Assembly (NCBI GenBank): GCA_963738835.1
Contig: CAVTYH010000009.1
Location: 77-64,076, forward strand
DNA length: 64,000 nucleotides
From: Pirellulales bacterium
GTDB taxonomy: Bacteria; Planctomycetota; Planctomycetia; Pirellulales; JADZDJ01
Reading direction: 5' to 3'
In this document: positions 41,641-53,107 of the stretch, piece by piece
How positions within the stretch are numbered: the first letter of the stretch is position 1
How the letters are laid out: each line of letters opens with the position of its first letter
The notes under the pieces: model-generated
Databases searched by the model: none
Told to the model about the DNA's origin: nothing
The model's input: only the letters and a program-made list of their open reading frames with translations
Position numbers and translations under genes: made by a program

Positions 41641-43863
41641 TTAGCGCACTCCTTGCAAACGAGCCGGATGGTAACTGATGGAGTAGGCCAACAGTTGTTC
41701 GCCAATCAACAGCGCAATCAACACAAACAACAAGGTCTCGCTGAGATTCGAGCCCTGCATTTCCTTGGCGTTGAGATACAAATCGGCAGCGGGATGATAT
41801 TCAAAGACGACGTCTTTCAGCTCGGTGCCCAACTGCTCGCGACTAATTTGCTTGAGATTTCCTTCAGCAGCATCAACGTTGTAGGCAAACGCAAAGCTTT
41901 CCTGAGTGTTGTCGTTGGCCGTGAGCTGCACCTCATAGATGCCACTGGTGTCAGTGTCTGGAAATTTCGCGATCGCCGGACCTTTTTCTTGCGGCTCAGC
42001 TTTGACGACCACCTTGTCGGCAGTGCCTTCAACGGGCGTAAGGAATTCCACTTGCGGTTGATATTTTTGTGTGTCGACCGGAATTTCCAGCGGCGCGCCA
42101 ACCTGCCGCGAGGGGTCGGCATCCTTGCCTGACGCTAGGTATGACTCCAACTCAAGCATGGTGACCACGAAACTTGGATTATCGCGGGCCCAGTTGTTCC
42201 ATTTCGGCGCGGCAGTGGTGAGAAACGCCACGACCCGGCCATCACCCAGTTTTTTATCGATCACCAGAGGCGCGCCGTTTCGCACCCGGGCAATGACGCC
42301 GGTGGAACTGGCTTCCCCGGGCTTCCAGCCCTTTTTTACGGCGAAATATTTTTCGATATTCACCGTCTTGATGAAGGGATTATTCTCGCCGGCGAAAATG
42401 CGAAAGATCGGATGATCGGTAATTTGCAGGTCGGGCGATTTTTGCAAAGCATCCACCAACAGCGGCACCGAGGCCTCGATTGGCACCGGAAACAGGCCGG
42501 TTCCGTCGGCGTACAGCTGGTTGAGAAAATCCGGCCGTGATTGATCGCCGAGGAAAAAAGCCACACCGCCGCCCGCCTCAACGTACTTCGTTAGCTTTTC
42601 GATCGCCGTAAGCGGCAAGCGATCGATGTTGCAAAGATACACGGCGTGGAACGCATCCAACTCGTGATCGTCCAAAAATCGCGGCGCTTCCACGCGCGGC
42701 CGCAAACCGGTGGGCACGGGCCCTGGTTGCGACAATGTAGATTGCAAAAAGTAACCATCGCCACCGCGGGCGGTGCCTGCTTTCAGGCCGCCGTCGATAA
42801 TCAGAACGGGCACGCCGGTGGGAAAATCGATCACCGATTGCCGTACGTTGTCTAGCATGACTGCATCAGCCGCGAGAGATGCCGAAATGCGCCGCTCGCC
42901 GGCGCTGGCAGCTCGCACTTCGAATTCTTTCGTGACGCTGCGGCCGGGCGCAATTTTGTCGATCTCGATTGCGGGCCGCTGCACCCCCTGCTCTTCCAGC
43001 CGCACCGAAACGTTTGTGGCCGGTGTCTCGCCAAAGTTTTGTACCGTCAGCTCCATCGGCAACGGCACGCCGGCTGCACGAGTGCCGCGTGCTGGGCGGA
43101 GCGATGTGATCGCCAGATTCGGCCGCATCGAATCAACGCACGGAATGAAATGGATCTTCCCGCCTGCTGCATTGATTTTTAACAGTAGCTTACGTAACTC
43201 AGCGGCACCTGCCCAATCTTTGGCCCGCAAATCAGACACCACAAACACGATGTGCTGTTCATCGCCGCCGTCGCCAATCATTTGCGTGGCGGCTTTGAGA
43301 GCTTCCGCCGGTCCCACGGAGAGTTGCGAAACGTGCAGCCGCTGTAAGGTTCGATCGAGCTTCTTGAGAAACTCGCCAGTGTCGACTGTTTCGCTCATCA
43401 AGTCGCCCTGCGTTCCCTTCGAGGGATGACTGGCCTGAGAAAATCGCAGCAGCGTGAACTCCTGCCGGCTTGGTTGCTCCGAGGCTTGCTTGCCCAGCCT
43501 GGCAATGAACTTTTTGGCTTCGTCAAACGCCGTGGTATCTGACCAGTGGTCGGACATCGAAAAACTGTCATCCAGCAGCACGATGTGATGCTGTCGATTG
43601 CCGCCGAACAATCCGCTTTGCACGAGCGGTTGCGTCACCATTAGCACTGCCGCCGCTATGGCCACGATCCTCAGCAAGAGCAGCAACAATTGCTTGAGCA
43701 TCACCCAAGTGCGGTTCCGCTTCTGGCTGACGAGCAAAAACTCCATCGCCGCCCAATGCACCTTGCGATGGCGCATGAGGTTGATCAGATGGATCAGAAT
43801 CGGCAACGCCACAAGGCCCGCGGCAATGGCGATCGGCAATGGATAAAGGAATGACGGCATCAT
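41641..43863 (-). CDS. BatA-domain (N-terminal double-TM) protein with VWA-like and glutamine-amidotransferase-like regions
   Basis: N-terminus FLYPLPIAIAAGLVALPILIHLINLMRHRKVHWAAMEFL and HIVLLDDSFSMSD (DxSxS). Confidence 0.75.
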   Translation of the reverse strand: MMPSFLYPLPIAIAAGLVALPILIHLINLMRHRKVHWAAMEFLLVSQKRNRTWVMLKQLLLLLLRIVAIAAAVLMVTQPLVQSGLFGGNRQHHIVLLDDSFSMSDHWSDTTAFDEAKKFIARLGKQASEQPSRQEFTLLRFSQASHPSKGTQGDLMSETVDTGEFLKKLDRTLQRLHVSQLSVGPAEALKAATQMIGDGGDEQHIVFVVSDLRAKDWAGAAELRKLLLKINAAGGKIHFIPCVDSMRPNLAITSLRPARGTRAAGVPLPMELTVQNFGETPATNVSVRLEEQGVQRPAIEIDKIAPGRSVTKEFEVRAASAGERRISASLAADAVMLDNVRQSVIDFPTGVPVLIIDGGLKAGTARGGDGYFLQSTLSQPGPVPTGLRPRVEAPRFLDDHELDAFHAVYLCNIDRLPLTAIEKLTKYVEAGGGVAFFLGDQSRPDFLNQLYADGTGLFPVPIEASVPLLVDALQKSPDLQITDHPIFRIFAGENNPFIKTVNIEKYFAVKKGWKPGEASSTGVIARVRNGAPLVIDKKLGDGRVVAFLTTAAPKWNNWARDNPSFVVTMLELESYLASGKDADPSRQVGAPLEIPVDTQKYQPQVEFLTPVEGTADKVVVKAEPQEKGPAIAKFPDTDTSGIYEVQLTANDNTQESFAFAYNVDAAEGNLKQISREQLGTELKDVVFEYHPAADLYLNAKEMQGSNLSETLLFVLIALLIGEQLLAYSISYHPARLQGVR

Positions 43864-44768
43864 GTTCTCCGCTGCATTCCCAGCCGATTGCTGATGAAGT
43901 GCGCCAACGCCGCATCAAGCGGATCGCTGGTGCGGACCAGCTTGTAGTCAACGGCGTTTTGAGAGCACGCTCGGCGGATCTCTTCTAAGTAAGCGTTCAA
44001 AGCTTCCAGGTAACCCTCGCGCAGCGCCCGGGGATTGCACGTCAAATTCTCGGGCAATTCCAAACCTTCAAAGCGTGTGGGGCCGGAGAATTGAAAATCG
44101 AGTTCGTCATCATCCAAAACGTGCAGCACCATGACGTCATGGCCACGCTGGCGCAGCAGTTTGATGCCTTTGATGAAACCGGCGCGCGGCGCCAGCAAAT
44201 CCGACAAGATGATCATCATCCCGCGGTGCGGAAAGTTCTCGGCGGCGTTGCGGAGAATCTGCTGCAAATCGGTCTTCTTCTGAGGCGCGCTGACTGAGAG
44301 CGATTGAATGATCGAGTGCAAATGGCTGCGCTTGGTGCGCAGCGGCACGGTCGCCCGCACCGCCTCGTCGAAAGCAATCAAGCCTACGGCGTCTTGCTGT
44401 CGCAGCAGCAAATATGCCAAGCTTACGGCGGCGGTGCAGGCGTATTCGTACTTGTCCATTGGTCCGCGGCCGTAACGCATGCTGTTGGAAACATCGACGA
44501 CCAGCGTGCACCGCAAGTTGGTTTCTTCCTCGAACTGCTTGACGTAGAATCGATCTTGCTTGGCCCAAACTTTCCAATCGACGTGCCGTAAGTCGTCGCC
44601 CAACGTGTATTCGCGGTGCTGCAAGAATTCGACCGACTGCCCGAAGTGCGGACTGCGGTGCATGCCGGAGAGAAATCCCTCGACAATGTGCCGAGCGCGC
44701 AGGTCCATCCTGGCGATGCGCTTGATGGCCTCGGGATGCAGGAAGCGTTTGTTATCGACTGTGGCCAC
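43860..44768 (-). CDS. DUF58-domain protein
   Basis: GQSVEFLQHREYTLGDDLRHVDWKVWAKQDRFYVKQFEEE...VVDVSNSM. 4-nt overlap with the next gene. Confidence 0.85.
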   Translation of the reverse strand: MATVDNKRFLHPEAIKRIARMDLRARHIVEGFLSGMHRSPHFGQSVEFLQHREYTLGDDLRHVDWKVWAKQDRFYVKQFEEETNLRCTLVVDVSNSMRYGRGPMDKYEYACTAAVSLAYLLLRQQDAVGLIAFDEAVRATVPLRTKRSHLHSIIQSLSVSAPQKKTDLQQILRNAAENFPHRGMMIILSDLLAPRAGFIKGIKLLRQRGHDVMVLHVLDDDELDFQFSGPTRFEGLELPENLTCNPRALREGYLEALNAYLEEIRRACSQNAVDYKLVRTSDPLDAALAHFISNRLGMQRRT

Positions 44769-44870
44769 GAGGGGTGAATGTGTGAAGGGGTTGACAAGTG
44801 AAAAAGTGACAAAAGCAATCGTGGTCGCTGTGTAGCGGCGGGGCTATGTCCTGCACTCGCGACGCACAAT

Positions 44871-45923
44871 CTACGACGCAAAAATCTTTTGAAACCGCGA
44901 ATCGCTGGTCAGGTCGCTCTCTTTCGTCGGCGTGATGTCAATCAGACGATTGACAACATCGTCGGAGCCAATCCCTTCGCTTTCAGCGGAAAAATTCACA
45001 ACTAGGCGATGCCGCAGCACCGGTTTGGCAAGCGCTTGAATGTCTTCCGTGGAAACGTGGGTCCGCCCGTGCAGCAGCTCGCGCGCTTTGCCGCCGAGAA
45101 TCAGGAATTGAACCGCTCGCGGCCCGGCGCCCCAGGAGATTTGATCGTTGATAAAATCCGGGACTCCTGCTTCGCCGACGCGGGTTTGCCGGACGAGCGA
45201 AAGTACGTAGCGGATGACGTGATCGGTGACGGGCACTTCGCGGACCATGTGTTGCAACTCGATAATCTCATCCGCGGTAAGCACTGGCACAATGTGATCG
45301 GCCATCACTGCTGTGGTGCGGCGCGCGATTTCAAACTCCTCGCCGAAGTTCGGATAATTCACGAAGATTTTGAACATGAATCGATCTTGCTGCGCCTCGG
45401 GCAACGGATACGTCCCTTCCTGCTCGATTGGATTTTGCGTGGCCAGCACAAAGAACGGATCGGCTAGTTGATGCCGTACGCGGCCGACCGTGACTTGTCG
45501 TTCCTGCATGGCTTCTAACAGCGCGGCCTGCGTTTTCGGCGGGGTGCGGTTGATTTCGTCGGCCAAAATGACGTTGGCGAACAGCGGCCCCTCCAGAAAA
45601 CGGAATTCGCGGCTGCCGGTGCTGCGGTTCTCTTCGATGATTTCCGTGCCGGTGATGTCGGCGGGCATCAGGTCGGGAGTGAATTGAATGCGGCTGAACG
45701 AAAGATTGAGCGCTCGGGCCAGCGTGCTGATCATGAGCGTCTTGGCCAGCCCCGGCACACCTTCCAGCAAACAGTGGCTGCGGCTGAAGAGCGAAATCAA
45801 GAGCTCTTCAATAACCTGATTCTGGCCAACGATCACTTGCGAAAGCTGCTGTAGAATTTTCTCGCGAGCTTCGTTTAGTTTGCGAATGGCGACGGAATCG
45901 GGCTGGAAAGCAGTATCAGACAT
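44871..45923 (-). CDS. MoxR-family AAA+ ATPase
   Basis: [17 protein letters not shown]...[12 protein letters not shown] (Walker A), [11 protein letters not shown] (Walker B), [26 protein letters not shown]. Confidence 0.9.
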   Translation of the reverse strand: MSDTAFQPDSVAIRKLNEAREKILQQLSQVIVGQNQVIEELLISLFSRSHCLLEGVPGLAKTLMISTLARALNLSFSRIQFTPDLMPADITGTEIIEENRSTGSREFRFLEGPLFANVILADEINRTPPKTQAALLEAMQERQVTVGRVRHQLADPFFVLATQNPIEQEGTYPLPEAQQDRFMFKIFVNYPNFGEEFEIARRTTAVMADHIVPVLTADEIIELQHMVREVPVTDHVIRYVLSLVRQTRVGEAGVPDFINDQISWGAGPRAVQFLILGGKARELLHGRTHVSTEDIQALAKPVLRHRLVVNFSAESEGIGSDDVVNRLIDITPTKESDLTSDSRFQKIFAS

Positions 45924-45988
45924 GAAGTGGGCTCCAAGTTGGAAGGACGAATCGCTGACTCGTCGATTGCGCGGTTAGGTGCTGAAAA

Positions 45989-47035
45989 TCAGCGCTGATA
46001 AATCGGGAGGATGTTGTTGTCGAATTGCAGAATCGTGAGGTTGACCGCGGTGGTGTAAATCGGACCAACATAGCCTTGATTCCAATACATGCCGTTGCGG
46101 TCTTCAGAGGCTTCATTTACCAGGCGGGTGTAAATCTGATCGCGATATTTCTCCCACTTTTCGCCCCCTTCGCGGTACATGACCTGAGCGTAGTAATAGT
46201 GGGCATAGTGCCAGTGGCCAAAGCTTTGATTGCTGATGTTGTTCAGGTTTTTTTCGGAATACGCCAGCATTTTGGGTACGTACTTGTCTTCGTAATCGCC
46301 GGCGTTGAACAAGCAGGCGATGGCGGCGGCAGTGATGGCTGGCCGCGGACCGCCACCTTTGGAACTGTACTGCACAGCGCCTTCATCAGGCAGAATGCAA
46401 CTGTGGATATAGCCGATTGCCTTGTCGATGATTTCTTTGGGAACGGTAATGCCGGCGTTGCGGCAACCGCGGAGGCCCTGGACCTGAGTGATGGTGGTGG
46501 AGCCTTCGTCAAAACCACCGCCGTCTTTGGCACTAACGTAGCCCCAACCGCCGGCATCGGTTTGTGCCCGTCCGCAGAATTCCACCGCTTTGGTCAGCAC
46601 CTGAATTAGTTGCTGCCGGCGGGCTTCGTCTTCCTCTTCCCCCAGCACTTGCGAGAGGAACAGCATCGAGTAGCCGTGGCCGTAGGTGTAACGGTCGTCG
46701 CGCGTCGGATCGCCGATCAGGCCGTTCGATCGGGCGTGGCTGCACAAATAATCGACCGCCCGACGGATGTTCGGAGCATATTTGCCTTGCGTCGTGGTAG
46801 AGCCTTCTTGCAACAGCGCGACACCTGCAAGTGCCGTCATTGCGGTCGGATAGAGCCCATCTTTTGCAGACCATTGCCCGAGCCGAGATTGTGTGTTGGC
46901 GACCCAATCGAGCCCGCGAGAGATGCAGCGTTCCACGCGCGGATCTCTCTTCCCTGCGGCCTCGCTGCTGCCGCAGTAACACAGACTGCTAAGTGCAACC
47001 AGTACTGTAGTAACCCGCTTGAAATGCGAAACCAT
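45989..47035 (-). CDS. secreted prenyltransferase/squalene-oxidase-repeat (alpha-alpha toroid) protein
   Basis: Signal peptide MVSHFKRVTTVLVALSSLCYC plus QTDAGGWGY-type repeats. Start set at ATG 47035 rather than 47185. Confidence 0.75.
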   Translation of the reverse strand: MVSHFKRVTTVLVALSSLCYCGSSEAAGKRDPRVERCISRGLDWVANTQSRLGQWSAKDGLYPTAMTALAGVALLQEGSTTTQGKYAPNIRRAVDYLCSHARSNGLIGDPTRDDRYTYGHGYSMLFLSQVLGEEEDEARRQQLIQVLTKAVEFCGRAQTDAGGWGYVSAKDGGGFDEGSTTITQVQGLRGCRNAGITVPKEIIDKAIGYIHSCILPDEGAVQYSSKGGGPRPAITAAAIACLFNAGDYEDKYVPKMLAYSEKNLNNISNQSFGHWHYAHYYYAQVMYREGGEKWEKYRDQIYTRLVNEASEDRNGMYWNQGYVGPIYTTAVNLTILQFDNNILPIYQR

Positions 47036-47105
47036 GATATGAGCGGAGTTGGAGTTGTTAATTGAGGAAACGAACCGCGATAAGCGCAGCTTCAAACTGT
47101 AGACA

Positions 47106-50100
47106 TTATTTTTGTCCGGGCGCCGCCCCCGCGACATTTGGTTGTGCGTTCGATCCAGCTTGTGGCTGTTGTTGGGTGCTGGCACCGCCTGTCGACATCA
47201 TGCCGCTGAGCGCACGAAATATTGAACCCGCCTTGGTGCGTTCCAGTGCCGAAATTGGTTTTTCAAACACGCCGTCCTGAAATGGTGGCTCCGGCGGGAC
47301 TGGAGTGTCGGTAAATTTCAACGCGATCGCATCGGGAGACATCTGCAATGTCACGGTATGATCTTCCAGGTTGCCCAAAGCATCGATCACGGTGACGACC
47401 TGCGGCAGCTTATCGTCCTCATACAATACGCGGCCGTTGCGCTTGTCGAGGCACAAAATAGAGCCCTGAATTTGCTGCGGACGATTGTTCGCCACGGTTT
47501 GCACATTGCGAGTAAACACCAGCAATGGCAGTTCGGTTGGCAGATCGATTGCCAGGCACTGCTGCACCAACTTTGCCGGGGCTGGCCACATCGGCTTTCC
47601 CGTGGTTCGGTCGAAAGCGTAGACGCTTCCGGTAATTTCCGGTCGCACTTCAATGCCCATCGGATTGTAGCCGTTGTAACCCTGCATGGTCGCGGGAATT
47701 CGATTGGGATTGGAACCAACGTTGTTACGCGCCGTGAGCAAAATGTCCTGCTTCGATGAGCGCAAGACATAAATTGATTTCAAATTCTGCTCTTTTTCCA
47801 GTTGTTCGTTGATCAACTTCTTGCCGTCAGCCAGAGAGAGCATGACGAACTTGCCGTCGGACTGCATGAGAGCAGCTGAATCGCCGCCGACGATGGTTCC
47901 CTGCACTCCCGCCGAAAAGCTCTCGGTCCAAACTTCGCGCTGTGTCAATGGATCGATCAGCTTCAGCACCTGGCTGCCATCGGCGACCCCCTTCCACGTC
48001 AATAAATAGCGACCGTATGTGGTCCAGCGCTGTTCAGCTGGCGGCACGGCGCACTCCGACAATAGTTCGCCATCCGCAGCGCGGACCGCCCAGGCTTTGC
48101 CTTCAGTGGGCGAGGCCAGGATTAGAACTTCGTCGTCGCCAAAGATATCGCAGCCTGGCTCGACACCATGGCGAACCCAGCGCACGTTGCCAGTCAGCGG
48201 ATCGACGGCGAAGACATCGCGCCCCCGCTGGTAAAAGACCGCGGTCTCTGTGCAGGGCCCGACATTGCCGATGGGCTGGGTTGCCGCCCGCATTTGAATG
48301 CGGCGACCTCCCCAGGGCTGCATGGCCACCATCGGCACCTGATACATCCCGATGGGCGCCGTATCAACCAGATCTTTTCGCCACAGAATACGGTTCACGC
48401 TACGCGCCTGGCGATTTCAACATGTCGACTGCAATGGCTTGCGATCCCGTACAAACCACCAGCACGTGTCCGCAAACGGTCGCATAGGCGGCGGCCATCC
48501 AATTCGGCCCTTGCTGAAAAACGCCGTTTTGATTTCCGTCGTTGAGTCCAAAGCGAAATCGCTCTTTGCCCAATCCGTCGTATCCGACAATTTGCGACGA
48601 CTCTGGGCTGAAGCCGATGGTGATGTCCTGAACGAAAGGCTGGCGGCTGCCGCGAATTTCCAGAGGATACAGGCGATTCACGCCAGGCAGATGTGGCGCT
48701 TTCGAGGCCACGCGTTCGATTTTCACTTCTCCTTCTGGCCAGGGCCCGCTGTTCGATTTGGCTTGCCGCAACGGCGATTCGGCCGGAAGCGAGGCCAGAA
48801 TTTGCTGCACGCTCTTGCCGTTCAAGACTGGCTTTTCGCCCTGCGACGCTGCCAGGTTTCGGTATTCCCGCAATGCCTGATCCACCTGCCCGGCATCGTT
48901 TAACAGTGCGGCGAGCTTCGCACTGGCGGCGGCGCGGCGGGTGTCATCGGTCGATTTTTGGATTTGCTGCAATAGTTGCTCGCGCTCCAGCAGTGTATCC
49001 GAGCCGGTTAACTTTTCCGCCAAGAGTTCGCGAGCACGGTTGGCCGCGGGATGATCACCGAAGCAATCGATGAATTGCCGCAACTGGTAGATGTTGCCAC
49101 TGTCGGATGCCTGTTTCAGCTGTTCGTTCACAGCGGCATCGACCTGGGGCAGATCGGCCTGGTGCGCGGCGGCCAGCAGCGATTGAAACTGCGCACGAAT
49201 CCATGCCGATCGGGTCACGGCGAAACTCGAATCAATCTCTTCCGGCTCGTCAGGCTGTGGTCCTAGCGCCGCAAGCTTCAGGTAAGCATCCAGGGCCGCA
49301 ATCGTGTTGCCGTTCTTTTGCAAGCCGCTGGCCAGCACACGGAGAAACACTGCACGTTCGTGATCCAGTTGGACGAGTTGCTCAAGATCATCAACGTCGC
49401 TTTTATGCTTTTGAAAATCTTTGCTGAGGCCGGCGATCAGCACTTCAATCAGCAGATCGCGGTTGAAGGGGCTATCGTCGGACTGAAAGGCACGACGAAC
49501 GTCGGCGATGGCCTCGTCCACTCTTCCGTCTTCCAACGCAATTTCTCCGCGATGGGCTAGCGCCCATGAATCGTTTGGGTTCTTCGCCAGTGCCGCGGCC
49601 ACGCGCTCTTGGAGCGGCTCAAGTTGAAAGAACGTTTCGACATAGTCGACACCCTGCGAAATCACTTCTCCCTGGTAGCAAATGAGATTGCCGGGAATCG
49701 TGCCTCTGCGTGATTTGGCCTCGGCCGTGATTTTGGCAGCGTTCAAATCGATACGAGCGACCTCGGCGGTCGTGAGCGGTAGGAAGTAATTGTCGCCAGC
49801 CATAAAACCGCGGCCGCTGGGCATTGCCGTGGGGGGCAGTTCCAGGTTTTGCGGTTTCCAGGCGGGCTTGCCATCGGCCAGCTTGACCGCCGTCAGTTGC
49901 CGCTTGCCGACCAGCACAATATTCCCCTGATGAACGCCAGCTACGAAGAGGTTCTCGCCACGCTCGAGCGGCTTATCCCATTTCACTTTTCCATCTTGCA
50001 AATCTAAACAATGCAACTGACTGGAGTCGGTGGGAGTAATGACCACGCTGCCGTCGGCAATGGTGACCGTTGAATCGAGCCAACGATCGGCCGGATTGGA

Positions 50101-52011
50101 ATTGGGAATCTGAACATTATTCCAATTCTGCCGCATCATGGCGGGATTGAATTGCGGACGCGCATATCGGTAACCCCACAGTAGCGAGCGATTGGGTACA
50201 TCTACAGCCACCACCGCGCCGGCCGCCGTGGGGCAAACCAAAACGCCGTCAGCATAGCTGGGTGTGCAACCCGCCAGACGTCGATACGGATCGTTCTGTA
50301 TGTTTTGATTCGGCTCGACCACCGCGATCTGCTGCGACCAATCTAAATGACCCGTTTTTGAATCGAGCACACACAGTTTGATTTCCTGCTTGATTTCGGC
50401 CAACACGTATAACTTGTCTTCGAGCGGCAGCGGCGGTCCCAGGAAAAATGCGTTGGCCAATTGCACTTCGTCCTCGCCAGACTGTCCGCCAACAACCCAT
50501 TTCAACTTGCCCTGGGTGCGCAGTTCGACGGCCGCCAACTTATTTGGTTTGAACGGAATCGAAATGCCGTCGAACACGAGACCGCCACGGATGGGCCGAC
50601 CATTCACGATTAACCGTCCACCGCCATTGACGATAATTTGGCCGTTCATGTCGGGATCGGGCGGGCTGTCCAAATCGTCGATTAGGTAAACTCGCTCGCC
50701 GTCGCTGGAAAGCGTGCCGTAGGTGGCGTCTTCCCAAAATCGTTCGCGCAGCGCCGGGCTGTTTTTCGGATCGAACCGTGCGGCCGTGTTGGCGCTGGAA
50801 GCGGCAATTCTTTGTTCCAGCGACGATTCGCTCAGCGACGGCCACCAGCTGCGTTTGCCGGTAGCGAAATCGACGGCCACCAGATTTCGTGAAGTGCGCA
50901 TCAGCACCACATCGCCAACGGCCAAGGGCTGCATCACAGGCAGTGCGGGCAATTGCTGATCGATATACTCTTTGCGCTTATCGACCAGCGCCTTCTCGAG
51001 TTCCGGATGATTCGTGGTCGAGACGCGCCACCGCGGATTCATCAGCGGCATTCCGCCGGCGCTGTTGGCATTGCGGGCCGGATTCCCATGCACCAAAGTC
51101 CAGTCACGAATTTCCTCCGACGAGGAAGTTTGCAGATTGAGTTGCGCATTCTGTAGCCATGCAATCGCTGGCTCTCTTTCGTTGAACAGCCTTTTCGGCT
51201 TGCCGGCAATTTGCACCGTGGCCTGCGGATCTTTTTTGCGAAGCCTTTCGAGGGCCTCCTTGGCGAGGTCTTGCTTGCCGCCCTTCAGGTAACTAGTCGC
51301 CAGGAGCACGGAAAGAGATGGCTCCAACGCAGCGGCTGCGGCCGGCGCGTCGCTCAATCGTTTGAAGCACTCGGCCGCCGCCAGCGGACGATTGTGATCC
51401 AATAGCCTACGGCCCAACAACAACGTGGCTTGGTAGCCTGCTTGCGTGTGAAAGAACCGGCGAGCCACTTCTTCCAGTTTTGCAGTGTCGCCGCATGTTG
51501 CCGCGGTGGCTAGTAATTGCCGAGCCTTCGCGCCAAATTGCAGTTCGTACGCCTGCCGTCCCTCGGGAGGCATTTCACCAATCAGTCGCTGCGCTTGGGC
51601 CTTCAGACTGATATAACTCTGCTTATCGGCAGGCGTTTGAAAAAAGAAATCTTCGTTGCGCTGAAGAATCTCGTCGAGCAGCGTGAGCGAGTCGCTGTAA
51701 CGTCCGTCATCGAGCAGTTGTTTGGCTCGTTCCCACTGTCGAGTCGAATCGCGATCGACTGGGAGAAACACACCATCCAGCGCGTCGATTTCCATATCAC
51801 TCTGCCCCGGCGGAGGCCTGCGGAAACCGAATTGGACAAACCCGCCCCCCGGTGCAATCTGCACTTGAACCGGTAGTTGAGCCGCTGCCCGCTGAGCCGC
51901 TGCCCCGTAAAGAATGACCCCAGTCAGACCCACAAAAGCCGTCACTACCCTGGCCAATCCCGGCCAATTTCGGGCACGGCGAACGTTTCGATCCATCATG
52001 GCCTTCCTCAT
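47106..52011 (-). CDS. giant (~1630 aa) secreted TPR + PQQ-like beta-propeller protein, probably one gene split by a frame break near 48412-48420
   Basis: ORF 48400..52011 ends ...SQAIAVDMLK in the middle of a propeller-blade motif. The frame of 47106..48398 is open from 48416 as NRQARSVNRILWRKDLVD..., which completes the A-D-x-x-G-x-x-LW blade pattern. Length is 3n+1. Confidence 0.65.
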
Positions 52012-52563
52012 CAGGCGGCGACCGGCCTAATTGCCGAACGTCACCCAAGTTAGTGTTCCCAGCGACGAGAAAGTTCAACGCCGGCAATCAGCCAAAGATC
52101 GACTTGCTGGCCCGGCGGTTGGCAGGTTCCCTGGCCTTCCCTGCCCGAAGGCATTCCGCGTGCCGACATTTGATCTAAGTTTTTGCCACCTTTTATCTTA
52201 AACCGCATTCGCCGATTCGGCAACCAAATCTGGCTCGGTGGCGGAGGGGCTAGTTGACGGCGCAAAAAAACCCGAGAAATCTGGCTTTCTGCCGCTACAT
52301 TGCCGCCCACAGGTGCTACGTTCCATAAGTGGGCTGAGCTAACGCACAAGGCCTGGGAGTGAGATTATTCGACCCGTGGCTTTGCCGCAACCATTCGGCG
52401 GTGTCGGTTTTGCCGGACTGACCGGCTACGACGACCTCGCCCGAAATTGCGCAACATGCCAGAACGCGCCGCTCGACGAACAGCGGCCAGCGTGAAACAT
52501 GGGCCGTCCCGCCCGGAACCCTGTTTTTTCCGCAAATTCTGCGGATTTTACGGGTTCTTAGGA

Positions 52564-52592
52564 TTGAAATTTTGGCCAACTGCGATTAAATC
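52564..52592 (+). promoter_or_regulatory. candidate sigma70-type promoter for the HU-like gene
   Basis: TTGAAA (52564-52569), 17-nt spacer, TAAATC (52587-52592). It lies about 70 nt upstream of ATG 52661, which has an AAGGAGG RBS at 52644-52650. Confidence 0.35.
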
Positions 52593-52660
52593 AGCACATT
52601 CCTACGTCAAACCGATACGTGTCTCTCAACTCAACGTACCCGCAAGGAGGGTTCTCGATT

Positions 52661-52996
52661 ATGGGGAAAGTCGCCACGAATTCCGCGAAAAAGTCGCCGT
52701 CGAAGAGTGAAGTTCTGGCTTCCATCTCGGAAGCTACGAGTGTTGCCAAGAAGGATGTGGCCGCAGTCCTTGAGGCTCTGGGCAACGAAATCAAGAAGGC
52801 TCTGGGTGCCAAAGGCCCCGGCACCTTTGCGATTCCCGGCTTGGTGAAAATCGAAAAGAAGAAAGTGCCGGCCCGTCCGGCCAAGAAGGGTGTGCCCAAC
52901 CCGTTCAAGCCAGGCGAGCTGATGGATGTTGCCGCCAAGCCGGCTAGCACGAAGATTAAAGTTCGCGCTTTGAAACAGTTGAAGGCGATGGCCTAA
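52661..52996 (+). CDS. HU/IHF-family DNA-binding protein with Lys-rich N-terminal extension
   Basis: KSEVLASISEATSVAKKDVAAVLEALGNEIKKAL...GTFAIPGLVKIEKKKVPARPAKKGVPNPFKPGE...KVRALKQLK follows the HU fold pattern. Strong RBS. Confidence 0.8.
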   Translation: MGKVATNSAKKSPSKSEVLASISEATSVAKKDVAAVLEALGNEIKKALGAKGPGTFAIPGLVKIEKKKVPARPAKKGVPNPFKPGELMDVAAKPASTKIKVRALKQLKAMA

Positions 52997-53022
52997 TCGC
53001 CGATCGACGGCCAAATTCTTTC

Positions 53023-53090
53023 ACGGCCGCTCGAGTGTGTCATTCACGCCTTGCTGCGCGGATACACGCTTGAGCGGCCGTTGGTTTTTT
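53023..53090 (+). terminator. rho-independent terminator after the HU-like gene
   Basis: acggccgctcgagtgtgt (53023-53040) pairs with acacgcttgagcggccgt (53064-53081), with 2 mismatches or wobbles. It is followed by tggtttttt. Confidence 0.6.
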
Positions 53091-53107
53091 CATCCTCACC
53101 TTCGCGC

